From a virus (Duplodnaviria; Caudoviricetes), in IMG/VR virus record IMGVR_UViG_3300018877_000056, positions 1 to 56,571 of that record: 56,571 nucleotides of DNA; one strand, given 5' to 3'. Below are positions 9,213 through 18,760 of the stretch, piece by piece. The position numbers were made by a program, and so were the translations under genes. Each line of letters starts with the position of its first letter. The first letter of the stretch is position 1. The notes under the pieces were generated by a model that was not told the origin of the DNA, did no database searches, and saw only the letters and a program-made list of their open reading frames with translations.

Positions 9213-10008
9213 AAGCTACGAGCTTCAGGGTTCTGCCTATTCGGTTCATTGCCGCGTTTTCATCCCCTCGGAAGATAGGCATTGTCAGATCGCGGTTCTG
9301 GGCACGCTGAAACTTGCGACGGCTTATCAACTTCATATCCGGCTCTTCTATGAGCGCAATAACAGCGAAGTCCTCGCGCTTCATCATCTGGGCTTCAGTC
9401 TGAAGTAGCAGAGCCTCATTGAGTTTGTCGTTACCATTTACAAGGTATATTGCACCTGGAATGGCCACGCCGGATTCCTTAGGACGCAAGACGAGATCGG
9501 CCGGGAACTCCGCAAAATCGTCAGAGACGATAGCCCCTTCGTCTATATTGGCGACCCTACCAAAGTGGCTTTCAAGTGCGCTGATCGCGTCCTCTCGGAA
9601 GGTCGAGCGAACAACGTCCCTTGTAAAGAGTTCTAGGTCTCGAACTCTAATCAACGAGGATAGGAAGTCCACGGTGCGCGCTGAAAGATCCTCTGCCGGG
9701 AACGGGGCCGACTTTATCTCGTAGGTCTCGCGGTCCCAGTAAGCATCTGCTTGTCTCAGGATTGCATCGAGGAGGTTCCCCCGTTGCCCCTGATCTATTG
9801 GGATATCTTTCGAAATTAAGTGGGCCAGATAGTCTCCGTCGTCTTCGATGCGGAAGCCGTCCAGCGTCTCTGTTACATAAAAGCTGATAGGATCCCCAGA
9901 ACTGTCCTTGAACGCCGAACTCACGGCAAAGCCGCTCGGCACGGGGCGAACGTCAATTGCCCCGCAGAAAGCGGCTGTCAGGTGCCGTTTAAGTTCCTCA
10001 GGCGCCAT
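9211..10008 (-). CDS. DUF1828-like protein (immunity-region moron)
   Basis: GFAVSSAFKDSSGDPISFYV...FRIEDDG pattern; C-terminal nuclease-like segment. Confidence 0.65.
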   Translation of the reverse strand: MAPEELKRHLTAAFCGAIDVRPVPSGFAVSSAFKDSSGDPISFYVTETLDGFRIEDDGDYLAHLISKDIPIDQGQRGNLLDAILRQADAYWDRETYEIKSAPFPAEDLSARTVDFLSSLIRVRDLELFTRDVVRSTFREDAISALESHFGRVANIDEGAIVSDDFAEFPADLVLRPKESGVAIPGAIYLVNGNDKLNEALLLQTEAQMMKREDFAVIALIEEPDMKLISRRKFQRAQNRDLTMPIFRGDENAAMNRIGRTLKLVA

Positions 10009-10507
10009 GGTTGAATAACGGTCCGTTGTCGTCTTCGATCCTAAAAAATCGCTTCGCTGCCGTCCAGAAGGTTCCCTCTGTCCAAGCATTTACGCGACGG
10101 TGAAACTGCCCGGCAGGCGGAACCCTGACTAAGTTATCTAGGCCCGATCCACCAATTTCGATCCCACATCGCTCGCAATGAGTATGAATGTGAATTCCTG
10201 GATGGCTCCCATGGTACTCAAAGCGGCCCACTACAGAGGGTCCATCAGCTGTTTCCACGATCAGGAAGGCTTTCCAGTTGTCGCGACTAGGATTGCATAT
10301 AGCAGTTAGAATATAACTCCTCACCGGTTCTTCGAGAATATGGTTATCAGCTACTCCCTCGGCACGTGCACTTCGCCACTTCCAGCCGGCTCGGATGGGT
10401 CGCGTCTTGGCAAAGATGGGGGCATGCCTAGGCGGAAGGTCGTTAATCGACCACCCGGTATCGTACCTTTCGATCTTCCGCTCGCTAACCAAATGCCGGA
10501 CGCGCAT
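9998..10507 (-). CDS. Hypothetical protein, partner of the DUF1828-like gene
   Basis: RFEYHGSHPGIHIH His-rich motif; coupled to 9211-10008. Confidence 0.6.
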   Translation of the reverse strand: MRVRHLVSERKIERYDTGWSINDLPPRHAPIFAKTRPIRAGWKWRSARAEGVADNHILEEPVRSYILTAICNPSRDNWKAFLIVETADGPSVVGRFEYHGSHPGIHIHTHCERCGIEIGGSGLDNLVRVPPAGQFHRRVNAWTEGTFWTAAKRFFRIEDDNGPLFNHGA

Positions 10508-10659
10508 CTCTTGCTCAGCCTAACCACAAAGTGATGATTATTGTCTTAGCCTTGGAGCGTTCAGAGTTCCAGCGGGTCGACGTATAGAGCGCGCTCATCA
10601 CGTGTTCGCGCCTGACGCCTAAACCGGCAGCGCCTGATTATCGAGCACGGTCTCCGTTA

Positions 10660-11400
10660 TCAGACTCCCAAAAGCTCGTCTGTTGGGATCACCCGCAATA
10701 CCCTCTTAACCTGAGCCATTTCGAATTCCAGGTCTTTAGGCGGGTTGAACTGCGAGACCACAAGGCGGGTAGGGGTCTGCTTCACCAGGCGCTTGATATA
10801 GCCCTTGCCGGGTTCCCCCTCGCTCTCTCCGTGAAGCTCTACCACGACATATTCGCCTTGGCGTGGCTTCCGGTGCGGGTCTACGTAGAGCCGTTCTCCT
10901 GGCTCGAACTTGGGGAACATGCTGTCGTTCTCGACATAGAGGCAGAACACGTCTTTTCGATTAGCAATGCCAGGCGGCCGAGGCGCCATGTCGATCTGCT
11001 CACCGTTGAACCTAAAGTCGCCGTCCTCGTCTCCTCCACCTACTGCCGTGCCATAGACCGGGACATCCCGAGGGCCACCGAATCGTTGGTTGGCTGGGAC
11101 GGGCTCCGCTTTCGACAGGTCCACATTAGGTTCTTCGAGATCATCCCCGCGGGCACGAGCAGGGGCCTCATCAGGATTCTTCGACCGGAACACCGAGTAG
11201 ACAGCTTCCGAGATTAACTCTTTAGGGGCCTTAACCTCTAGATATTGCTCGATTTTTGGGATCTCTCGGGCCTTTAGCACCCTCTCGCCTTTTAGAAGGG
11301 CAGAGACAGCTGACGGCGCTCGCCCAAGGGCTTGCGCTAAGCCGGACTTGGTCTTCCCCGGCTTCTTAAGGCCTTCGCGTATCCACTCGATCTCATCCAT
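10660..11400 (-). CDS. cI: CI-like repressor (HTH + S24 peptidase)
   Basis: N-terminal KSGLAQALGRAPSAVS HTH; VENDSMFP and YIKRL autocleavage motifs; divergent from cro. Confidence 0.9.
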   Translation of the reverse strand: MDEIEWIREGLKKPGKTKSGLAQALGRAPSAVSALLKGERVLKAREIPKIEQYLEVKAPKELISEAVYSVFRSKNPDEAPARARGDDLEEPNVDLSKAEPVPANQRFGGPRDVPVYGTAVGGGDEDGDFRFNGEQIDMAPRPPGIANRKDVFCLYVENDSMFPKFEPGERLYVDPHRKPRQGEYVVVELHGESEGEPGKGYIKRLVKQTPTRLVVSQFNPPKDLEFEMAQVKRVLRVIPTDELLGV

Positions 11401-11408
11401 CCCGCTAT

Positions 11409-11483
11409 TTTCTGCAAACCGGAAAGATTGTCTTTTATGAAAATCCGAAATTTCGCTTGACCCGAATTTCGGAAAATCAGAAT
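11409..11483. promoter_or_regulatory. OR operators (3 copies) with PR/PRM
   Basis: TTTCTGCAAACCGGAAA, TTTATGAAAATCCGAAA, TTTCGGAAAATCAGAAT; TTGACC-17nt-GAATAT promoter before cro. Confidence 0.8.
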
Positions 11484-11491
11484 ATGCGGGC

Positions 11492-11722
11492 ATGGAACCA
11501 GCCTGCAGCATCATCAAACTCCTAGGTGGCGAGGCTGTGGTCAGTGAGATCACAGGCACCTCTTACACAGCTCCGTATCGCTGGCAGCACCCAAGGGCTC
11601 GCGGCGGTACTGGGGGCCTCATTCCTCAGCGGCATCATCCGAAGCTCTTGGCCTATGCCAAAAAACACGGGCTCAAGCTCACAGCGGAAGACTTCCTCCC
11701 ACCTTTTTCGGAGGCCGCGTGA
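11492..11722 (+). CDS. cro: Cro-like regulator
   Basis: IIKLLGGEAVVSEITG...WQHPRARGGTGGLIP; divergent from cI. Confidence 0.85.
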   Translation: MEPACSIIKLLGGEAVVSEITGTSYTAPYRWQHPRARGGTGGLIPQRHHPKLLAYAKKHGLKLTAEDFLPPFSEAA

Positions 11723-12008
11723 TGGTTCCTCATCTCCATGCCTCCATCAGCTCTTCCTCCCTGGCTGATGGCACCTGCGCGGGCGACCTCGTGCAACCGT
11801 CTTTGGTCGCCCGCGCCTTTCTTCTTCTCTCCACTCTTCGGCAACAGCTGCTTCAGCACGCTGCGAATGTGAGCGCGAACCTGTCTGTCGCTGGCTCCCT
11901 TCGCCTTGCTGTCTTTGCTGTCACCCATCGCTTCAGCCCCCTCGCTACGGCTGCTGTTTTCGCATCCCTCCTGTCCATCGTCATCGCAATTAATCCTGAG
12001 AACGTGGC

Positions 12009-12512
12009 ATGAACTCTCGTTATCTCGCCCGCATCGATTACGACCGCCTGAAGAAGGCGCAAGACGAGCTGATCAGGCATCCTGAGGTCGGCGGTCCGAA
12101 GGCGGCTGCTGAAGTCACCCGCGTGGATCCAGCCCGCCTGTCCCGCTATGGGAGCCCGCACGAAACGACTAACGCGCCGGTCGACGTGATTGCGGATCTG
12201 GAAGCAAAGGCGAATGCACCCATCGTCACCCGCATTCTGGCTGACCTGCATGATTGCGACCTCGTTCCTCGTGATCGCTCCCTCAAGCAAGAAGCGGATT
12301 ACGACGAGCACGCCACCGATCTGACCCGCGCTGCATGCGCTCTGATGGTGAAGCTACAGGAAGCCCGCAGGGACGGCATTGATGCCGTGGAGCTGGTGCA
12401 GCTGGAGTCTCTCGCCGCGCAGCTGCAGATCGAGATTGCCGAGTTCAGGCGGGATGCAAAGCGCGACCTCAGCGCTCCGGTGCCAATGCGCCGGAATGGA
12501 GGTGCAGCATGA
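12009..12512 (+). CDS. CII-like regulatory protein
   Basis: GGPKAAAEVTRV...APVDVIADLE; position after cro. Confidence 0.65.
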   Translation: MNSRYLARIDYDRLKKAQDELIRHPEVGGPKAAAEVTRVDPARLSRYGSPHETTNAPVDVIADLEAKANAPIVTRILADLHDCDLVPRDRSLKQEADYDEHATDLTRAACALMVKLQEARRDGIDAVELVQLESLAAQLQIEIAEFRRDAKRDLSAPVPMRRNGGAA

Positions 12513-12811
12513 GCCGCCGTCTTCCTGACGAGACCATTGCCACCATCAAAACTCTTCGCGCCAAAGGCCACAGCATCAGCGAAATCCAGGCTCTCGCGAA
12601 GGTGAAGGGCAGGGGATCTGTCTACGAGCGCACGAAGGGCATTCAGCTCCCCTTCGGCCCTCTCAAGCGCGGGCCTCGGAAGAAGATCGCCTTCAACGTC
12701 TGCAAGGCGCTTCAGGACCAGGGCCTCAACTATCGCCAGATCGCCGCGCGTCTCGGCTGCGCCCATTCCGCGGTCTACCGCACCCTCAAGACCGGAAAGG
12801 CTGCAGCATGA
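12509..12811 (+). CDS. HTH DNA-binding protein
   Basis: GLNYRQIAARLGCAHSAVYR. Confidence 0.7.
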   Translation: MSRRLPDETIATIKTLRAKGHSISEIQALAKVKGRGSVYERTKGIQLPFGPLKRGPRKKIAFNVCKALQDQGLNYRQIAARLGCAHSAVYRTLKTGKAAA

Positions 12812-13086
12812 GCGACGGATCGAACGTTGAGCCGGTCGCCTCCTTCATGGACCGCATCCTGCGCCTGAAGTCCGAAGAGGACCAGATTAAGGAAGACATC
12901 AAGAGCGTCTATGCCGAGGCCAAGGCTACGGGCTTCGACAAGACTGCCTTGGGCGATGCCATCGCACGCATCCGCAAGATGCAGAAGGATCCCGAGAAGC
13001 TCTCCGAACGTGAGACGATCCGTGACCTGTACCTGCAGGCCTACGAGGACGCCTCGCGTACGCATGCGCATGCGCGTGAGGACTGA
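12808..13086 (+). CDS. GapR/DUF2312-family DNA-binding protein
   Basis: RILRLKSEEDQIKEDIKSVYAEAKATGFD. Confidence 0.8.
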   Translation: MSDGSNVEPVASFMDRILRLKSEEDQIKEDIKSVYAEAKATGFDKTALGDAIARIRKMQKDPEKLSERETIRDLYLQAYEDASRTHAHARED

Positions 13087-13088
13087 GC

Positions 13089-13574
13089 ATGAGCGATATC
13101 TGCATCCTCGGTGTCGACCCCGGTTCATCCGGCGCAATCGCCCTCTACTGGCCGTCCGCTCCTCACATGATCATTGCCGAGGACGTGCCGACCGTTGACG
13201 GGTCGATCAATCCGGCTGCTCTGGCGCGCCGGCTGGAGGAGGCGAGACCGGCTCTTGCGATGATCGAACTGGTTGGCGCTATGCCGAAGCAGGGCGTCTC
13301 ATCCACGTTCAAGTTCGGTGTCGCGTATGGCCTGGTCCGCGGCGTCATCGGTGCCGCCTTCATCCCCATGCACCTTGTTACCCCCGGCAAGTGGAAGAAG
13401 CACTTCCGCCTGTCGTCTGACAAGGAAGAGGCGAGGGCGCTTGCAACCCGTCTCTGGCCGGCAGCGACATGCTTCTCCCGCAAGAAGGACCACGGCAGGG
13501 CCGAGGCCGCTCTCATCGCCCGCTATGCCGCTGAGACGATGTTCCGCGACTTCCAGTTCACGGAGGTGCGGTGA
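13089..13574 (+). CDS. RuvC-like Holliday junction resolvase
   Basis: ILGVDPG, QGVSSTFKFG, DHGRAEAALIA. Confidence 0.85.
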   Translation: MSDICILGVDPGSSGAIALYWPSAPHMIIAEDVPTVDGSINPAALARRLEEARPALAMIELVGAMPKQGVSSTFKFGVAYGLVRGVIGAAFIPMHLVTPGKWKKHFRLSSDKEEARALATRLWPAATCFSRKKDHGRAEAALIARYAAETMFRDFQFTEVR

Positions 13575-14143
13575 TGGATTGGCCCTTTGATCAGCTCCGC
13601 CCGTTTTCATACGACCTTATCATGGCTGATCCGCCGTGGCGCTTCGATACATGGAGCCTCGCGGGCAAGAAGCACAAGAGCCCGGAGTCCCACTACTCCA
13701 CGATGACGCTGGAAGAGATCAAGGCTCTGCCAGTTGGGCATCTGGCCGGCCGCGATTGCCTGCTCTGGCTGTGGGCCACGCACCCTATGCTGCCGCAGCA
13801 GCTTGAGGTGATTGCGGCGTGGGGATTCCGCTTCGTCACGTCTGGCGTGTGGGTGAAGCGCACTGTCAACGGTGGCCTCGCCTTCGGGACAGGTTACCGC
13901 CTCCGCTGTGCCTCGGAGCCCTTCCTGCTGGCAACCAATGGGGACCCGGAGACGGCTCGCAATGTCCGCACTGTCATTGAAGGGCCGCTTCGTGAGCACT
14001 CGCGTAAGCCAGATGAGGCGTTCGCAGCTGCGGAGGCGCTGATGCCCAACGCTCGCCGCCTGGAGTTGTTCAGCCGTCAATCGCGTCCTGGCTGGGATGT
14101 GTGGGGCAATGAGACCACCAAGTTCGATGAGGTGGCGGCATGA
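13574..14143 (+). CDS. MT-A70 family adenine methyltransferase
   Basis: ADPPW, HSRKP, LELFSR motifs. Confidence 0.88.
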   Translation: MDWPFDQLRPFSYDLIMADPPWRFDTWSLAGKKHKSPESHYSTMTLEEIKALPVGHLAGRDCLLWLWATHPMLPQQLEVIAAWGFRFVTSGVWVKRTVNGGLAFGTGYRLRCASEPFLLATNGDPETARNVRTVIEGPLREHSRKPDEAFAAAEALMPNARRLELFSRQSRPGWDVWGNETTKFDEVAA

Positions 14144-14403
14144 GCGAACGCCCCTCTCTTGACGCACAGATTGATGCCGTCGCTTGCGACATGCTTTCCC
14201 GCCGTGGCTTCTTGGAAGCATCAGAGCGCCGCCTTCAGAGCGACCGCCTGAAGGACAGCGAGCGCCAGACGATCGAACTGGACCGCCTCAACACCCTCCG
14301 GTCTCAGCCGGCGCTTGAGGCTGCCGTCGAAACCCTCCGCTGGCTCAAGGCCAACGAAGAAGAGGTTCGCGCCTTCATCGCCAGCAAGCGAGGTGCGGCA
14401 TGA
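14140..14403 (+). CDS. Hypothetical protein
   Basis: ATGA-coupled ORF. Confidence 0.55.
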   Translation: MSERPSLDAQIDAVACDMLSRRGFLEASERRLQSDRLKDSERQTIELDRLNTLRSQPALEAAVETLRWLKANEEEVRAFIASKRGAA

Positions 14404-14726
14404 GCGGGCTGTCACCAGAGATGATCGATGCCATGCTCGCCGCTGGTCTCACTGCTGAGCAGATGGGAGCAGTGATCAAGGCTCACCTTGCGGCTCATCT
14501 GCCGCAAGGGCCGCGCTGCGTCCCTTCCGAGATGCGGGAGGCTGTCCTGATCCGCGACAACTACACCTGTGCCTACTGCGGGTCTCGCCTGGCCCCACTT
14601 CATTGCGACCACGTGATCCCATACAGCCGCGGCGGTCGGACCGTCATGGAGAACCTTGTGACCGCGTGCCAGTCGTGCAACTGCGCCAAGCGTGATCGCA
14701 CTCCTGACGAATGGAGGCGGTCATGA
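14400..14726 (+). CDS. HNH endonuclease
   Basis: CAYCG...DHVIPYSRGG...NLVTACQSCN. Confidence 0.88.
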   Translation: MSGLSPEMIDAMLAAGLTAEQMGAVIKAHLAAHLPQGPRCVPSEMREAVLIRDNYTCAYCGSRLAPLHCDHVIPYSRGGRTVMENLVTACQSCNCAKRDRTPDEWRRS

Positions 14727-15484
14727 GCATCGTTGAATTGATGCGCCGCATGCGCGAACTCGGCGCCCCTCCAGAAGCCATTGAGCTTGCTGTCGAGGCT
14801 ATCGAGGCCGAGCAGAAGAAGGACGCTGAGCGACGTGCGAAGCGTGCTGCTCAGAAGGCAAAGGAGCGGGCTGCGAAGTCTGAGAAGGGTAGCGACAGTC
14901 GCGCGACAGTCGCGCGACATGGTGGCGACAGTCGCAACGACCTCCCCTCCGATGGTTCCCCCCAAGAGAATATAACTCAACCCCCCTCCTTACCTCCCCA
15001 CAGTTCCGATGCTGACGCATCGGCGCAGCCTGCCGGCCGCGCTTCGGATGTTTCGATCAACGATCAGATCTGGAACTCGAAAGCGGCCCTGGCGGACCTG
15101 TCGGGGAAATCCGAGGAGGCGGTTGGCCGCTGGATCGGCAAGGCGCTGAAAGACCACCCGCCCGATGTCGTGAAGCAGGGCATCGACGCAGCCCTGCTCG
15201 CCGGAACCCGCGACCCCTTCAGCTACGCCCGCAGCGTGATGCTCAATTCCCGAGGAGCCAAGAATGCCCAGCAATCAACTCGCAACGGTCGAACCTATCC
15301 CGCCGCTCGACCCGAAGGCACCGCGGCTCGAGTCGCTGCCCTCATGGGCTATGAGCCTGAACCAGAAGTGCATGGATCTGAGGAAGAACGACGCCTACCG
15401 GATCGGGACGCATGGCCGAAAGGTCGTCACGCTTCCGGCTTCCTCGATGCCGAGCCCGACGCAGCGGGCGTTTATCGAGCGTAG
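14723..15484 (+). CDS. Replication initiator-like protein (O analogue)
   Basis: Position and internal iteron repeats; GRWIGK..DPFSY C-terminal domain. Confidence 0.6.
   Translation: MSIVELMRRMRELGAPPEAIELAVEAIEAEQKKDAERRAKRAAQKAKERAAKSEKGSDSRATVARHGGDSRNDLPSDGSPQENITQPPSLPPHSSDADASAQPAGRASDVSINDQIWNSKAALADLSGKSEEAVGRWIGKALKDHPPDVVKQGIDAALLAGTRDPFSYARSVMLNSRGAKNAQQSTRNGRTYPAARPEGTAARVAALMGYEPEPEVHGSEEERRLPDRDAWPKGRHASGFLDAEPDAAGVYRA
14892..14935. repeat. Helper origin iterons (GCGACAGTCGC palindromes)
   Basis: GCGACAGTCGC GCGACAGTCGC GCGACA TGGTG GCGACAGTCGC inside the initiator gene. Confidence 0.65.
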
Positions 15485-16046
15485 GATCGCAGAGCTTGAG
15501 CTGCTGGAGCAGCCAGGGCCTGCCAAGGACATCGACGCAACCATCGGCGCCATCATCGTCCGCTATGCCACTGCTCGCCAGGATGATGACATGATGCGGG
15601 CTCGCATGGAGGGCTACCGGATCGTGCTGCGCGACTTTCCAGCCTGGGCCGTCCGCGAGGCTTACGCCCGCTGGCTCAAGGGCGAGATCGGCCGCGAATA
15701 CGATGCTTCGTTCCCCCCGCCTGAGAGGGTGCTGCACGATTGCGCGAAGAGCCTGACGCTTGCCGCCATTGGGCAGAAGGTCGGCTTGCAGCTCGTGCTC
15801 GATGCCGAGGGCTATGAGCCACTTACCGAGGAGGAGATGGCCGAGCGCCGCGCCCGTCTGGACGCGCTCATGCACAACATCGCAACGACGGCGAGCCCCG
15901 AAGATCGCGGCCCCGGTAAGCCGAAACGCCAGCCTGAAACACCCGAAGAGCAGGCCCGCAAGGAGCGGATCCTGAAGAGCCCAGGCAAGGGCATCCTCGT
16001 CGGGCTGCGCGAACTGCAGGAGGCTGAAAATGCAGCAGCCGAATGA
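15264..16046 (+). CDS. Replication-associated protein (P-like position)
   Basis: LRDFPAWAVREA...FPPP pattern; follows initiator. Confidence 0.6.
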   Translation: MPSNQLATVEPIPPLDPKAPRLESLPSWAMSLNQKCMDLRKNDAYRIGTHGRKVVTLPASSMPSPTQRAFIERRIAELELLEQPGPAKDIDATIGAIIVRYATARQDDDMMRARMEGYRIVLRDFPAWAVREAYARWLKGEIGREYDASFPPPERVLHDCAKSLTLAAIGQKVGLQLVLDAEGYEPLTEEEMAERRARLDALMHNIATTASPEDRGPGKPKRQPETPEEQARKERILKSPGKGILVGLRELQEAENAAAE

Positions 16047-16254
16047 TCAGGCGACACCCGAGCAGCGAGCCCGCGCAGTCCGGTTTTGGGAAGAGGTTGT
16101 GAGGCCAGAGATGAACACCAAGGAAGCTGCAAAGCCCAAAGAGACGCCATTCGAGACGCTGGAACGCTTGAAGGCAGAGGCCAGCAAGCCGGTCGTGATT
16201 GGGCCCGAGCTCGCCAAGATCCTCACCGGCATGAAGTCGAGGGCTGCGGCATGA
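16030..16254 (+). CDS. Hypothetical protein
   Basis: Coupled ORF. Confidence 0.45.
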   Translation: MQQPNDQATPEQRARAVRFWEEVVRPEMNTKEAAKPKETPFETLERLKAEASKPVVIGPELAKILTGMKSRAAA

Positions 16255-16598
16255 AGAGGTTTCCGGAAGCTCTTCCTCGTGACGTCGTTCGAAAGATCCG
16301 AAAGGCGAAATGGAATGGAGCCTCGCTGTTCGACATCGCTTGCGAGTTCGACATCTGCAAGTCGACCGTTTCCCGCTACACCGACGACATTCCAGTGAAG
16401 GCGAGAGCAGGGCGACCAGCTGAGCACGACCATGCCAAGGTGATCCGGCTCCTTGAACAGGGGCTCTCCGCCACCGTCATCAAGGAGCGGCTCGGCGTCT
16501 CTCGTGCCCATGTCTACCGCATTTGTAAGCGGCATAGCGGAATGACGCCCTCTGAGCTCCTCGCCCATACACGCCACAACGAACGGACGGCAGCATGA
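16251..16598 (+). CDS. Tandem HTH protein
   Basis: SLFDIACEFDICKSTVSRY and SATVIKERLGVSRAHVYR. Confidence 0.65.
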   Translation: MKRFPEALPRDVVRKIRKAKWNGASLFDIACEFDICKSTVSRYTDDIPVKARAGRPAEHDHAKVIRLLEQGLSATVIKERLGVSRAHVYRICKRHSGMTPSELLAHTRHNERTAA

Positions 16599-17248
16599 CG
16601 AACCTCCCCCGCTTCGCCCTGTCTGCTGACGTTGGACAGGTTCACTACTTCCGATCACCCATCATCGACCATACGCCTCCGGAGACGTTCGAAGGCTTCA
16701 CCTGGTTCGTGGTCGTCTGTAATCCCAAGTGCGAGAGGAGGGCGCAGCTCGGCCTCCGTCGTGCCGGATACCAGACCTATCTCCCCCAGACGAAGCGTTG
16801 GGTCGTGCACGCCAGGAAGAAGGAGACCAAGGAATACCCGCTGTTCCCGCGCTACCTGTTCATCGGCATCCGCCCCGATCAGGACTTCTTCAAAATGCGA
16901 GGCGTGGACGGCGTTGAAGGTCTTGTCCGCGATGGCTACGGCTCGCCGGCCCGGATTCCCGCTCCTGAGCCACGAGACGGGCAGGAAGCGCCCTTCCATC
17001 CACTGGCGAGGCTGCTTGAGCGGGAGATGGCCGGAGAGTTCGACTTCACGCGCCTGCCAGATCTCGGGCCGCAGTATCAGCCAGGAGAGGTCGTGCGGCT
17101 CACGGTCGGAGCCTTCGCAGACCTTCAGGCGCAAGTCGTCTCCATGCTCTCAAAGGGCAGGGTGGAGGTGCTGCTCGATATCATGGGCCGAGGGACGAAG
17201 GTGCAGATGAAGGCGACGGAACTGCAGCGTCTGGAGGCGGCGGAGTAA
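16595..17248 (+). CDS. NusG-family antiterminator (late regulator)
   Basis: WFVVVCNPKCE, PLFPRYLF NGN domain and KOW (GEVVRLTVGAF). Confidence 0.88.
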   Translation: MTNLPRFALSADVGQVHYFRSPIIDHTPPETFEGFTWFVVVCNPKCERRAQLGLRRAGYQTYLPQTKRWVVHARKKETKEYPLFPRYLFIGIRPDQDFFKMRGVDGVEGLVRDGYGSPARIPAPEPRDGQEAPFHPLARLLEREMAGEFDFTRLPDLGPQYQPGEVVRLTVGAFADLQAQVVSMLSKGRVEVLLDIMGRGTKVQMKATELQRLEAAE

Positions 17249-17315
17249 GACAGACGGCTTATTCCCCTATGTCACAGGCATGATAGACTCAGGGCCTCAA
17301 AATTGGGGGCTCAAT

Positions 17316-17621
17316 ATGCGTATTCTCACCGTTGCGGCCGTTGCCGCTTTCACCGCTTCCGCGCCAGCATGGGCGGCACCGCTTTCTAAGAGCGAGTGCC
17401 GCTACCTTGACACCCACTTGCGTAAAATGATCGAGGGCGTAAGTGCGATGGCAGAAGCAGCTGAATCTCTCGACACTGGACCAATTGAGCAGCGGACGAG
17501 TGGCGCCCTGCTTGCCTCGATCCGAGAGATGGATGCGAAGCGCGCACAAATGGTGCCGGTAATACGTGATTTCATTGAGGCTTCGGAGGATATGTCGCGC
17601 CAGCTTCGGCGGTGTCCATAA
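17316..17621 (+). CDS. Secreted hypothetical protein (moron)
   Basis: Signal peptide MRILTVAAVAAFTASAPAWA. Confidence 0.6.
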   Translation: MRILTVAAVAAFTASAPAWAAPLSKSECRYLDTHLRKMIEGVSAMAEAAESLDTGPIEQRTSGALLASIREMDAKRAQMVPVIRDFIEASEDMSRQLRRCP

Positions 17622-17722
17622 GTCGCATTTAACTCTTGCAACGCTTGAACCACTGCGCTAGAAATAAGTTCTCAAAGCACTCTCGGTGATTTTCACCCGG
17701 AGTGCGTTAGCTTTAGGCAGGT

Positions 17723-17755
17723 GCCCCGGCGAGATGATCGCACGGGGCTTTTCTT
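17723..17755 (+). terminator. Rho-independent terminator (candidate late-leader terminator)
   Basis: GCCCCG...CGGGGC TTTTCTT, preceded by hairpin 17677-17705 and AT-rich promoter-like DNA. Confidence 0.6.
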
Positions 17756-18038
17756 ATACAGGAACTGCAGAGAGCCTGAGCCCGAGCGACTTCATAACCT
17801 TGACGACGGTTGCAAGCTCAGGATTGCCCTCTGCACTGAGAGACCGATAGAGGCTCTCACGGGAAAGCCCGGTCTCTCTGGCAAGCTGGCTCATGCCCTT
17901 TGCCCTGGCGATATCGCCAAGGGCGGCAGAGATGAGGGCAGGGTCTCCATCCTCAAGAGCGGCATCGAGATAGGCCGCCATGGCTTCTTCGCTGTCGAGG
18001 TGCTCGGCAGCATCCCAAGGCTTGGTTTCGAGGGGCAT
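17754..18038 (-). CDS. Addiction-module antitoxin (HigA-like HTH)
   Basis: WDAAEHLDSEEAMAAYL...GMSQLARETGLSRESLYRSLS. Confidence 0.9.
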   Translation of the reverse strand: MPLETKPWDAAEHLDSEEAMAAYLDAALEDGDPALISAALGDIARAKGMSQLARETGLSRESLYRSLSAEGNPELATVVKVMKSLGLRLSAVPV

Positions 18039-18042
18039 AGGC

Positions 18043-18339
18043 TCACTCCTTCCATTCTTTGGCGAGGGCTTTCGCCTTTTCGATGTCCCGGCTCTGGCTG
18101 CTCTTGTCGCCACCACAGAGCAGAAGAGCCACAACCTGACCACGCTGAACGAAGTAGATCCGATAGCCGGGGCCGTAATCGACCCGCATCTCACTGACGC
18201 CTTCACCCACCGGCTTCACATCGCCGGGGTTGCCAAGGGAGAGACGGCGGATGCGGACGTTGATCCTGGCCTTGGCGTTCACATCCCGAAGGGTGTCGAA
18301 CCACTTGGCATACTCGGCTGTCTGGCGAACTTCGATCAT
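18043..18339 (-). CDS. RelE/HigB-family addiction-module toxin
   Basis: GNPGDVKPVGEGVSEMRVDYGPGYRIYF...LLCGGDKSSQ. Confidence 0.92.
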   Translation of the reverse strand: MIEVRQTAEYAKWFDTLRDVNAKARINVRIRRLSLGNPGDVKPVGEGVSEMRVDYGPGYRIYFVQRGQVVALLLCGGDKSSQSRDIEKAKALAKEWKE

Positions 18340-18346
18340 GCTTACT

Positions 18347-18364
18347 TGTAGCTTATAGGCTACA
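18347..18364. promoter_or_regulatory. TA operator palindrome
   Basis: TGTAGC-TTATAG-GCTACA directly upstream of the toxin. Confidence 0.65.
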
Positions 18365-18490
18365 AATTGTCAAGCGATATGTCCACCAAACCCCGCAACA
18401 CCTACATCCGCTCCGATGATGGAGCGACCATGGTAGAGATCGCTCCTCACCAGTATGTGGAAGAGAGCGTCGCGGAGAGGCTGGGGCTGT

Positions 18491-18760
18491 TCAGGAGTTA
18501 GATGCTGGGATGAGCGCTACCTTCCGATCCCGCTCCCAGATTTCCACGGCATGATCATTGGCAAGACGACGGGCCTGCTCAATCGCATCCTCGTCATCCC
18601 GGCAGAAGAGCTCAATCACGTTCATAAAGCGACCCTGCTCATTGAGCAGGTAGGCACGATAAGCGTGCAACGAGACCGAATGGTCGATTGAAGGAAGTTT
18701 CTGGATCATGAACTTGCCCGACTCCGCCAGTGCCTTACCCCTTTCGGACAAGCTGGACAA
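18491..18760 (-). CDS. Hypothetical protein
   Basis: YRAYLLNEQG...DDEDAIEQA...VEIW, common in Hyphomicrobiales. Confidence 0.5.
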   Translation of the reverse strand: MSSLSERGKALAESGKFMIQKLPSIDHSVSLHAYRAYLLNEQGRFMNVIELFCRDDEDAIEQARRLANDHAVEIWERDRKVALIPASNS

